DNA of 25,653 bases from an uncultured Candidatus Saccharibacteria bacterium (GTDB lineage Bacteria > Patescibacteriota > Minisyncoccia > Minisyncoccales > CG1-02-41-26), in NCBI GenBank assembly GCA_964403365.1, contig CAYOFM010000001.1, positions 1-25,653 on the forward strand, given 5' to 3'. Made by a program: the position numbers and the translations under genes. The notes below the pieces were generated by a model. The model did no database searches, was not told the origin of the DNA, and was given only the letters and a program-made list of their open reading frames with translations. This document shows, in pieces, positions 18,069-25,653 of the stretch (position 1 is the first letter of the stretch; each line of letters opens with the position of its first letter).

Positions 18069-18223
18069 GCAGGTACGAGGGAGTCCTCTTGTATCGGCGT
18101 CTCGCAGGCGAATGAGCATGGTCCCCAAGGTAATCCGAGGGGTCATTCGCCGAGAGCCGAGCAGCGACTAACGGCTGGGTTAGTCGACTGCGTACGATAC
18201 AAGAGGACTACCCGAGTGCCTGC
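18069..18223 (+). other. GC-rich Y-shaped structured element in the murA-mreB spacer (ncRNA or MITE-like)
   Basis: Closing stem with a perfect 15-bp segment AGTCCTCTTGTATCG/CGATACAAGAGGACT, plus two internal hairpins. Confidence 0.7.
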
Positions 18224-18230
18224 CATCCGA

Positions 18231-19493
18231 CTAAACCCTCTTAATATCCGCACCAAGTGATTGGAGCCTCTCCTCTATTTTCTCATACCCTCTATCTATC
18301 TGATAAATATTATTTATCGTAGTAGTTCCCTCAGCTATTAAGCCAGCTACAATCAAGCTAGCTCCAGCCCTAATATCCCACGATTCAATTGATACACCAT
18401 GCAATTTATTTGGACCAAGCACAAACGCTCGATGAGGATCTACTATCTCTATATCAGCTCCCATTTTACGCAACTCTTGCACATATTGCAAACGATTTTC
18501 ATAAAGTGGATCATGTATTAAACTTTTACCTTTAATTTGAGTTAATAATGGCACCATTAAAGGCATTAAGTCTGTAGGGAATCCTGGGTGTGGTAAAGCC
18601 TGAATACGACAAGGTGTCAGCTCTTCCCCTGCCTCTATTTCAATATCACTTTCCCCTATCTTAATATTATTGATACCCATCTGGCTTAGAGTAGCCACAA
18701 ACATAGATAAATCATCTGGGTTAATATTGTTTACTTTTACTTTCCCCCCAGTGACAATACCGGCAATTAAAAATGTACCTGCTTCAATATAGTCGCCTAC
18801 TATTGTATGCTCTGTGCCTTTTAGCTCTTTTACTCCCTCAATTTCTAAACTGTGAGAAGATATCCATTTAATTTTAGCTCCCATACTATTTAACATTTTA
18901 ACTAAATCCTGCACATGTGGCTCTACGGCTGCTGTTTCAATAATTGTTTTACCCTCTGCTAAAACCCCTGCCATAATTACATTCTCAGTAGCAGTTACGC
19001 TAAACTCTGGTAAAACTATTTTTTTGCCAACAAGCTTATCTGCATTAAAATGATAAAATTCATCTTCTATTTCCACACTTACTCCCAACTCTTTTAAAGC
19101 ATCTAAATGAGTAGTAATCGGTCTTAAGCCAATTTTATCTCCCCCAGGCCTAGATATCTTAAAGTTTTTAAACCTAGGCAAAAGCGCTCCAATAAATAAT
19201 ACCGAAGTACGAGTTTTAGAAAACTTTTCAAAATCTATTTTAGATGGATCAACAGAATCTACTGCTTTTATCTTTACCCCTCTCTCTCCTACCCACTCTA
19301 TTTCTGCCCCCATATCTTTTAAAACCTCAATCATATTCTTTATATCCTCTACTAGTGGTAAATTACTAATTAAACATTCTTCTTTTGTAAGCAAAACAGC
19401 GGCAATGATTGCCGCAGCTGCGTTTTTGGACCCGCGTATTTCTACTTCTCCCTCTAATTTATTTCCACCGTTAATAACAAAATGTTTAGACAT
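18231..19493 (-). CDS. murA: UDP-N-acetylglucosamine 1-carboxyvinyltransferase
   Basis: GSKNAA, PGGDKIGLRP, SVTATEN, DYIEAGT, PHPGFPTDL, DIRAGA, IDRGYE. Confidence 0.97.
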   Translation of the reverse strand: MSKHFVINGGNKLEGEVEIRGSKNAAAAIIAAVLLTKEECLISNLPLVEDIKNMIEVLKDMGAEIEWVGERGVKIKAVDSVDPSKIDFEKFSKTRTSVLFIGALLPRFKNFKISRPGGDKIGLRPITTHLDALKELGVSVEIEDEFYHFNADKLVGKKIVLPEFSVTATENVIMAGVLAEGKTIIETAAVEPHVQDLVKMLNSMGAKIKWISSHSLEIEGVKELKGTEHTIVGDYIEAGTFLIAGIVTGGKVKVNNINPDDLSMFVATLSQMGINNIKIGESDIEIEAGEELTPCRIQALPHPGFPTDLMPLMVPLLTQIKGKSLIHDPLYENRLQYVQELRKMGADIEIVDPHRAFVLGPNKLHGVSIESWDIRAGASLIVAGLIAEGTTTINNIYQIDRGYEKIEERLQSLGADIKRV

Positions 19494-19525
19494 GAATAAT
19501 ATAAAAACTTATTTTTTACAAACTT

Positions 19526-19554
19526 ATCATACCTTTTAATTCCTATCTTTTCAA
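19526..19554 (-). promoter_or_regulatory. Sigma70-type promoter for murA
   Basis: TTGAAA-17 nt-TATGAT. Confidence 0.6.
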
Positions 19555-19566
19555 GTTGTATAAAAT

Positions 19567-19605
19567 AAAGGACGGTTGGGAAAATGGTTTTCCCTTCCGT
19601 CCTTT
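19567..19605 (-). terminator. Intrinsic terminator of the dockerin gene
   Basis: - strand: AAAGGACGG-AA-GGGAAAA-CCA-TTTTCCC-AA-CCGTCCTTT followed by ATTTT. Confidence 0.75.
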
Positions 19606-19619
19606 TGTACCTTTTGGCT

Positions 19620-20462
19620 TCATCTCTTTTTTATGCCACCCCAAGTTATGGGTAGCCTATTCTGCTGGCTACGCTCACTATCGTGAGCGTCAGTGAGCAA
19701 ATTAAGAACATCCTCTTCTATCTGCTCACTAGCCAACAAATCATCCACCAATTCTTCAAATGATAGTGGATTCTTGGCTGGCGCCCCTTTCCCATCATAG
19801 GTCGGGAACTCGAAAATAATACCTGCTGAATATTGTAAAATCAGCATAGCATCACGGGTAGTCACTCCTCCAAGACCTGTGACATCAGCTCGTACCCATT
19901 CTTCTGATGTCAATTCTTCAGTCCCCAAGACGTGCAACAATATCATCACAGCATCTTGGGACGAAATCATACCATCAGCGTTGATATCGCCAATCTCGGG
20001 TATTATCTCAAAAACAATACCCTCTGTTTTCCCACCAAGCACCAACAAGTTAGCACCCTCGGGTTCAGGCCAACCATTAATCAACACTTTTTTAAACACT
20101 ATGTCAACAGGTCCACAGTAGTGTTTAATATTAAGCTTGAAAAAAATGGCTGGTTCAACTAATGGCGTTGCCCCTGTGGCAACAATTTTAATTAAACCAT
20201 CTTGGACTGACCAAACATAGAACCAGTCCTCAAAACCACCAGCTGGTTCTACTACATAAAATGGCGGCATCGTCGCTTGCGCCACTTTAACTTCAATTTC
20301 AAGGTCAAGTGAGCCAATCGCCCGATCTGGGTTCACCATCAAGTTTACCCCTTCTCCTTGAATAGCAAACCAAAACACTGGATCGCCACCTGCTGCAAAA
20401 ACAACAGAGGACAGGACCAAAAACACCATAATCGTCGCACAGATTCCCAAATTCTTCTTCAT
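19620..20462 (-). CDS. Secreted protein with a cohesin-like beta domain, a type I dockerin and a C-terminal TWGGIKKR motif
   Basis: Signal peptide ending SSVVFA; dockerin repeats GDINADGMISSQDAVMILLHVLG and ADVTGLGGVTTRDAMLILQYSAG; AAGGAG SD. Confidence 0.85.
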   Translation of the reverse strand: MKKNLGICATIMVFLVLSSVVFAAGGDPVFWFAIQGEGVNLMVNPDRAIGSLDLEIEVKVAQATMPPFYVVEPAGGFEDWFYVWSVQDGLIKIVATGATPLVEPAIFFKLNIKHYCGPVDIVFKKVLINGWPEPEGANLLVLGGKTEGIVFEIIPEIGDINADGMISSQDAVMILLHVLGTEELTSEEWVRADVTGLGGVTTRDAMLILQYSAGIIFEFPTYDGKGAPAKNPLSFEELVDDLLASEQIEEDVLNLLTDAHDSERSQQNRLPITWGGIKKR

Positions 20463-20583
20463 TTCAATCTCCTTGAGATGTGCCTGCCCTTGGACAGGCT
20501 TTAGTTAAGTATTACCTTTCACCCTGTTTAAAATGTTAAACAAGGCAAAAAGCAACAAAAAATGATGCCTTAGCATCAATCAA

Positions 20584-20612
20584 ATACTAACATATTTTAC
20601 AACATTTGTCAA
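20584..20612 (-). promoter_or_regulatory. Sigma70-type promoter for the dockerin gene
   Basis: TTGACA-17 nt-TAGTAT with TG-n extension; palindromes TGATGC-CTTA-GCATCA (20563-20578) and TGTTTAA-AATG-TTAAACA (20525-20542) downstream. Confidence 0.7.
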
Positions 20613-20631
20613 GCCCGAACAATCGAAAAAC

Positions 20632-21837
20632 CTACTTCTTTTCAATAATAAAGACTTGGTTGTTGCGGTGGACTTTGTGGGGTAGCTTAATGGCACAGTT
20701 ATCTCCTTTTTTGGCAACCTTAATTGCCTTATTATCCTTCTCCATATACTTTATCTTATGCCTAAGATAAGTATCTTTACCTTCAATACTTAAATCATCA
20801 TTAAGCTTCAGTCCCCTACTCTGCACCTCAACAATAGCTACTTTTAAATTAGAATAATAATGGATAACCTTGCCAATGTGAGTACGTTTTAAGGGTGATA
20901 AGTTATCTGCTTGGTCATAACTAATACCCTGCTTACTCGGCGTACCAAAATAAAAACCAGTAGAAAACCCACGGTTATACACATTAGCTAATTGTTTCTT
21001 CCATTGTTTAACCTTAGTATCAGTAAAGGTTTTATTATAATAACTATCTATGGCTTCTCTATAACACTTAGTAACTGTACCGATATAGCCTGGGTCTCTT
21101 TTTCTTCCTTCTATTTTAAACGAATCTATACCTGCTTTAATTAGTTCTGGAATGTACTCAATCATACATAAATCCTTAGGATTAAGAAAATACTTACCTT
21201 GATTATCTATTTGTTTGCCATCTTCATCAGTTAAAGTCCATATTTTACGGCAAGGTTGTGAACAAGCCCCGCAGTTAGCTGAAGTGTTAAATAAATAAGC
21301 AGAAAGTATGCATCTACCAGAGATAGATACGCACATAGCCCCGTGGACAAATGTTTCTATCTCCACCTTCACCTTTTTCTTTATTTCTTTAATTTGCTTT
21401 AAAGTCATCTCCCTAGCCAAAACCACTCGTTGGGTCCCCAAAGATTTAAAAAACTTTGTTGTTTGCCAGTTAGAAACATTGGCTTGGGTAGAGATAAAAA
21501 ATGGTACTTTGTATTTTTTAGCTAACAATATAGCCGCCATATCCCAAACAATTACAGCATCTACTCCTGCCTGCTTAGCTTTTTTAATTATCTTTTCTGC
21601 CTTAACTAAATCATTATTATATAAAACAGAGTTAACAGTAAGGTACGCTTTTAATTTATATGTATGGCACCTATCTATAAACTTTGGTAATTCACTCAAA
21701 GTAATATTATTAGCCCTAGCTCTCATACTTAAATCACTGCAACCAAAATATACCGCATCGGCATAATCTTTACAGGCCTCAAGAGATGTCCAATCTCTAA
21801 TTGGGGCCATTAACTCTGGTTTTTTTATTTTCATCAT
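20632..21837 (-). CDS. Peptidase U32-family protein (TrhP/YegQ-like Fe-S RNA hydroxylase)
   Basis: KPELMAP, ADAVYFG, STQANV, RVVLARE, FVHGAMCVSISGRC...CSQPCR, SFKIEGR; C-terminal beta-barrel. Confidence 0.9.
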   Translation of the reverse strand: MMKIKKPELMAPIRDWTSLEACKDYADAVYFGCSDLSMRARANNITLSELPKFIDRCHTYKLKAYLTVNSVLYNNDLVKAEKIIKKAKQAGVDAVIVWDMAAILLAKKYKVPFFISTQANVSNWQTTKFFKSLGTQRVVLAREMTLKQIKEIKKKVKVEIETFVHGAMCVSISGRCILSAYLFNTSANCGACSQPCRKIWTLTDEDGKQIDNQGKYFLNPKDLCMIEYIPELIKAGIDSFKIEGRKRDPGYIGTVTKCYREAIDSYYNKTFTDTKVKQWKKQLANVYNRGFSTGFYFGTPSKQGISYDQADNLSPLKRTHIGKVIHYYSNLKVAIVEVQSRGLKLNDDLSIEGKDTYLRHKIKYMEKDNKAIKVAKKGDNCAIKLPHKVHRNNQVFIIEKK

Positions 21838-22535
21838 ATTTCTAAAGTGCCATTTTGAGGAGATTCCTCCATTTTATCCTTAAACTCTTTCCATGTTAAT
21901 TCTTCCTTACCTGCCAAACGGCAAATATCTTTAAACACACAATATCTACATTGCCAATTACGAGGGAAATCTGGTAACACACTAGGTACTAAATCTTTTT
22001 CTATTCTTACTTTTAAGTTTTCAAAAGCACCTATTAACTGCTCTACTAACTGCTCATCATAATCAAGGAAAAACTCTTTTATCTCTTGTAAATCTTTGTC
22101 TATATATAGTAAAACCCCTTTTTTAATCTTAAAATAGTGCATATACAACTGTATCTGAAAAACATTCTCCATTTTAGGTTCTTCCAGCTTCCTAAAGATC
22201 ATACTATTCATACTTTTAATATCTACCACATAATTCTCTCCATCAATGCAACAAATAGCATCTGCCCTGCCAGAAACAAGCTCTATTTCTGGTATTTTCA
22301 CTTCAGTAGTTACCCCAATACGTAAACGGTACATCACATTAAAGATATTATCGTGCATTTTATCCCCTCTTTCAAATACTCTTAATATTCGCGCATCCAT
22401 TGGTTTACGCGGGGCATTTTTAAATTTAAAAAAAACAGACCGCGGGCATCTGCCTGCATCTGTAACATAAAAATGAATTTGAGCAGCATACTTTTGCTCG
22501 TCTAAATAAAATTTGTCTATTAGTTCTTTTAACAT
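21834..22535 (-). CDS. Solo Cas4-like PD-(D/E)xK nuclease with 4-Cys Fe-S ligands
   Basis: GRCPR, GDKMH, E...SGRAD...DIKS, QIQLY, WQCRYCVFKDIC. Confidence 0.88.
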   Translation of the reverse strand: MLKELIDKFYLDEQKYAAQIHFYVTDAGRCPRSVFFKFKNAPRKPMDARILRVFERGDKMHDNIFNVMYRLRIGVTTEVKIPEIELVSGRADAICCIDGENYVVDIKSMNSMIFRKLEEPKMENVFQIQLYMHYFKIKKGVLLYIDKDLQEIKEFFLDYDEQLVEQLIGAFENLKVRIEKDLVPSVLPDFPRNWQCRYCVFKDICRLAGKEELTWKEFKDKMEESPQNGTLEI

Positions 22536-22536
22536 A

Positions 22537-22573
22537 AATAAAAATGCTAATAAGTTAGTTTAGCATTTTTATT
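22537..22573. repeat. Perfect 14-bp inverted repeat directly upstream of the Cas4-like start
   Basis: AATAAAAATGCTAA-9 nt-TTAGCATTTTTATT. Confidence 0.75.
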
Positions 22574-22588
22574 ACCCTTAAGTCAAAA

Positions 22589-23083
22589 TTATCTTTTACT
22601 CCATTGAGGGGCACGACGGGCTCTTTTTAGCCCTGGTTTTTTACGCTCTCTCATCCGAGAATCTCTAGTTAAGAAACCAAGCTTTTTAAGTGGTTTTCTA
22701 AAGTATGGATTTAGGTCTTCTAGGGCTCTAGCAATGCCATGTCGGCAAGCCTCTGCTTGGCCGATGACTCCCCCACCTTTAACTACAATAGTAATGCCAA
22801 ACTTGTCTTTTATTTTCAATCTATCAATTGGATCTTTAATAATATTTTGTAAAACTTGAGTAGGAAAATACTCTTCTAATATTTTACCATTAACAACAAT
22901 CCCTTTTTTATTCTGGGTGTATAAACGAACACGAGCAGTTGATGTTTTTCTCCTGCCTATGGCTTCGTAATATCCTTTTTTTGAAGCACTTTTTGGAATC
23001 TCAAATTCTGCTGGTTCCACAATTACTTCCTCGCCTACATCGCTAACGGATTGTTCTTTTTGTTCTGGTTCTTCGCTTGGCAT
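22589..23083 (-). CDS. rpsI: 30S ribosomal protein S9 with acidic N-terminal extension
   Basis: GRRKTSTARV, GGGVIGQAEA, LTRDSRMRERKKPGLKRARRAPQWSKR. Confidence 0.97.
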   Translation of the reverse strand: MPSEEPEQKEQSVSDVGEEVIVEPAEFEIPKSASKKGYYEAIGRRKTSTARVRLYTQNKKGIVVNGKILEEYFPTQVLQNIIKDPIDRLKIKDKFGITIVVKGGGVIGQAEACRHGIARALEDLNPYFRKPLKKLGFLTRDSRMRERKKPGLKRARRAPQWSKR

Positions 23084-23085
23084 AA

Positions 23086-23439
23086 TTATTTAATCTTTAA
23101 TCTTTTAATTTGTTTGTCTCTTAATTTATTAGTTGGTAACATTCCAAAAACTGCTCTCTTTAAAACTTCTTCTATTCCTTTTTTCTCTATTAGCTTTTCC
23201 ATAGTAATAGATTTAAAACCACCTGGCCAACCAGTATGTGAATGATAGATTTTTGTTTTCATCTTGTTACCAGTAATCTTCATACTTTTAATATTTTCAA
23301 TCATGACAACACCACCCTCATCTTTATATGGAGCGAAATCTGTTTTATTCTTGCCACGCAATATAATAGCAACCTCCACAGCTAATCTGCCGAGTGGCCT
23401 ATCTGTAGCATCAATTGTATATGTTTCTCTTTTAATCAT
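23086..23439 (-). CDS. rplM: 50S ribosomal protein L13 (short form)
   Basis: IDATDRPLGRLA...LRGKNK, HTGWPGG, AVFGMLP. Confidence 0.95.
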   Translation of the reverse strand: MIKRETYTIDATDRPLGRLAVEVAIILRGKNKTDFAPYKDEGGVVMIENIKSMKITGNKMKTKIYHSHTGWPGGFKSITMEKLIEKKGIEEVLKRAVFGMLPTNKLRDKQIKRLKIK

Positions 23440-23448
23440 AATCTATAG

Positions 23449-23796
23449 TTAAACTAATTCTATAATAGCCATTTTAGCTCCATCAGATTTTCTAGCACCA
23501 AATCTAATAACTCTAGTATAGCCACCATTTCTTGTTTTGTATCTTGGGCCAATATCGTTCATTAACTTCTTAACTACATTTTCTGGCAAGTATTTTAATA
23601 AGTGCCTTCTAGCAGCTAAGTCCCCTTTCTTGGCTTTGGTAATAAATTTTTCAACAAACATTTTTGTTTCTTTGGCTTTAGCTTCTGTGGTTTTAATCTT
23701 TTCTTTAAGTAAAACCTCTCTGGTCAAGCCATACATTAATGCTTTTCTCGGTGCTGTTTTCCTATCAAATTTTCTACCTTGTACCTTTTTCTTCAT
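23449..23796 (-). CDS. rplQ: 50S ribosomal protein L17
   Basis: IKTTEAKAKE, RNGGYTRVIR, DGAKMAIIELV. Confidence 0.96.
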   Translation of the reverse strand: MKKKVQGRKFDRKTAPRKALMYGLTREVLLKEKIKTTEAKAKETKMFVEKFITKAKKGDLAARRHLLKYLPENVVKKLMNDIGPRYKTRNGGYTRVIRFGARKSDGAKMAIIELV

Positions 23797-23801
23797 ATTA
23801 T

Positions 23802-24629
23802 CTACTTCTTTTCTTTAGCTACTTTTTTTGGTTCTGCCTTTTTAGTAGCCGGTTTTTTAATAGCTGTTTCCTTTTTCTTAGCTGGTGCTTTTTTCTTTGC
23901 CTTTTTTTCTTTTTTTACTTCTTTCTTAACAACTGGCTCACTAAGAGTAACTCCATCCATCACAACTGTAAAATGTTTAAGTAAAGCATCTGTTGATTTA
24001 GCCATAGCCTCTTCTGGGCTGATACTGCCATCTGTTTCTACTGAAATAGTTAATCTATCAAAATCTGTTCTATCCCCTACTCTCATATTCTCTACTCTAA
24101 AACTTACCTTTTCCATTGGAGTAAAAATAGCGTCTAAAGGTAAGGCACCTACTTCAGATTTTTCTGAATTTCTGTCTTCAGATTTTTGGTAACCAGTTCC
24201 CTGTTCTACTTTTACCTCTATATCCAAATTAACACTTGATTTAGTAATAGTAGCAATGTGGGCGTCTGAATTAACAACCTCTAACTGACCAGATGTTTTA
24301 AAATCTTTGGCAGTAACTGCCCTTTCTCCTTTAACTGACAAGCTAGCTGTTTGTTCTTCATCTGCAAAAAACTTAAATCTTACTTTTTTTAAATTTAAAA
24401 GAATAACTACCACATCTTCTAGTATCCCATCTAAGACTTCAAACTCATGCGAAGCCCCTTTTATCTTAACTTGAGTAATGGCTGCTCCCTCTAGGGAAGA
24501 TAAAAGCACCCTTCTTAAGCTATTACCTAAGGTTACTCCGTAACCAGGATAAAGACCAGCTATCTCAAAAATAGCACTATTGCCTTGTTTTTTAATAACC
24601 TTTGTTTTTTGGGGAAGTGGAATATTCAT
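23802..24629 (-). CDS. rpoA: RNA polymerase alpha subunit lacking the alpha-CTD, with a Lys/Ala-rich tail
   Basis: PGYGVTLGNSLRRVLLSSLEGAA, HEF, VENMRVGDRTDFDRL, TDGSISPEEA. Confidence 0.96.
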   Translation of the reverse strand: MNIPLPQKTKVIKKQGNSAIFEIAGLYPGYGVTLGNSLRRVLLSSLEGAAITQVKIKGASHEFEVLDGILEDVVVILLNLKKVRFKFFADEEQTASLSVKGERAVTAKDFKTSGQLEVVNSDAHIATITKSSVNLDIEVKVEQGTGYQKSEDRNSEKSEVGALPLDAIFTPMEKVSFRVENMRVGDRTDFDRLTISVETDGSISPEEAMAKSTDALLKHFTVVMDGVTLSEPVVKKEVKKEKKAKKKAPAKKKETAIKKPATKKAEPKKVAKEKK

Positions 24630-24702
24630 AAGAATAATTGCCTGCTAACCAGAGTTTATTAAAATTATATCAATTTAGAATAAGCTCAGATTAAACAGAA
24701 TT

Positions 24703-25332
24703 TTAGCGAGAATAAAACTCAAAGATAGAAGGGATATCCACTGGCAAACCAACATCTTCTAAGCTTGGCTGGCCAACAATTTCCCCTTCTAGTTTATCAA
24801 AATCTACCTTTAGCCATGAAGGTGCTTGGTAATTCTTCATAGCAATGATTAAATTCTTAAAAACTGTTTTGTCTTTTTTACTTGGTTTTAAGCTAATCTT
24901 CATACCTTGCTTAGTATTAAAAGAAGAAATGTTAACTGGCTTGTCATTAACTAAAAAGTGACCATGGCTGACTAGTTCCCTAGCTTCCCTTCGTGATCGG
25001 GCCAAACCCATTTTAAAAACCACATTAGATAATCTACCCTCTAATTTACTAATTAAAAACAATGTGGCTCCAGTTCTACCACCTTTAGCCATAGCTTCTT
25101 TAACATGTTTAGCAAACTGTTTTTCTCTTAAGCCGTAATAGTTTCTTAATTTTTGCTTTTCTGATAACTCTTTAGAATATTCAGACACATTAAACCTGCC
25201 TCTTTTCTTTCTAATACCTGGTGGGTAAGGTCGTTTAATAAAAGGACACTTAGGAGAAAAACACTTTTCTCCTTTTAAAAATAGCTTCTGGCCTTGACGC
25301 CGACAAATTTTACAAACATTATTATTCATCAT
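24703..25332 (-). CDS. rpsD: 30S ribosomal protein S4
   Basis: CKICRRQGQKLFLKGEKC, SEYSKELSEKQKLR, LVSHGH, EFYSR. Confidence 0.97.
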   Translation of the reverse strand: MMNNNVCKICRRQGQKLFLKGEKCFSPKCPFIKRPYPPGIRKKRGRFNVSEYSKELSEKQKLRNYYGLREKQFAKHVKEAMAKGGRTGATLFLISKLEGRLSNVVFKMGLARSRREARELVSHGHFLVNDKPVNISSFNTKQGMKISLKPSKKDKTVFKNLIIAMKNYQAPSWLKVDFDKLEGEIVGQPSLEDVGLPVDIPSIFEFYSR

Positions 25333-25341
25333 ATCTTTTCA

Positions 25342-25653
25342 TTATACTCTTCTTTTCTTTTTAGGTCTGCACCCGTTATGAGGCAGAGGTGTTACATCGT
25401 TAATACTGTTTAAATCCATACCTTTGGCAACTAATGTTTTAAGGGCTCCATCTCTACCACCACTAATCCCAGTGATAAATACATCTACTGTTCTAACTCT
25501 TAACTTTTCACATACTGATACAATAGCTTCAGCTACTTTAGAAGCAGCAAAAGAAGTTCCTTTTTTAGTTCCCTTAAAACCAATATTTCCAGCACTTCTC
25601 CAAGCTAGTACATTACCTGCTGAATCTGCTAAGCTAATAATAGTGTTGTTATA
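25342..25653 (-). CDS. rpsK: 30S ribosomal protein S11, 5'-truncated (absent from the ORF track)
   Basis: Own translation: YNNTIISLADSAGNVLAWRSAGNIGFKGTKK...DVTPLPHNGCRPKKKRRV*. Confidence 0.95.
   Translation of the reverse strand, partial: YNNTIISLADSAGNVLAWRSAGNIGFKGTKKGTSFAASKVAEAIVSVCEKLRVRTVDVFITGISGGRDGALKTLVAKGMDLNSINDVTPLPHNGCRPKKKRRV

Noticed and set aside
18069-18223. HDV-like ribozyme, RNase P, SRP or 6S identity for the element
   Set aside because: Some words recall HDV (GCATGGTCCC, TCCGAGGGG, GGCGAATG), but their order does not allow the nested double pseudoknot. It lacks the RNase P P4 and SRP helix-8 signatures and has no open 6S central bubble.
21834-22535. CRISPR-Cas locus
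   Set aside because: No repeat-spacer array and no cas1, cas2 or effector genes in the window.
841-23984. Short overlapping or antisense ORFs in the track (e.g. 841-1101, 4379-4672, 4555-4854, 5358-5585, 5915-6244, 6403-6642, 9477-9995, 10625-10960, 19879-20162, 21308-21766, 23537-24192)
   Set aside because: They are shadows of well-supported genes, with low-complexity Phe/Ser/Leu composition and no motifs.

Overview
AT-rich bacterial chromosome segment using the standard code, most likely Patescibacteria/CPR (Parcubacteria-like). This is inferred from the rpsK-rpsD-rpoA-rplQ-rplM-rpsI order, a short L13, an RpoA lacking its alpha-CTD, and housekeeping starts without Shine-Dalgarno (SD) motifs. 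Left part (1-9.5 kb, mostly +): tail of a type I RM locus (5'-truncated hsdR, YgjP/M48), a TPR protein, a DUF5680-HAM1/ITPase-Nudix trio bracketed by a 26-bp direct repeat, a self-contained ORFan cassette, a frameshifted secreted amidase and two unknown ORFs. Middle (9.6-15.6 kb): surface-glycan locus with PseH-like GNAT, PseI, a KpsS-like transferase broken by one in-frame TAG, and a convergent Wzx flippase coupled to a fused Sat-CysC PAPS synthase. Right part (- strand): frr, holB, mreB, murA, an inserted cohesin-dockerin gene, a U32 protein, a solo Cas4-like nuclease and the ribosomal alpha operon. The most unusual signals are two GC-rich, Y-shaped structured elements occupying the frr-sat and murA-mreB spacers, the repeat-bounded nucleotide-pyrophosphatase cassette, and the dockerin protein ending in TWGGIKKR. 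No tRNA, rRNA, CRISPR array, transposase or integrase was seen. All family calls come from motif recognition, not database searches.
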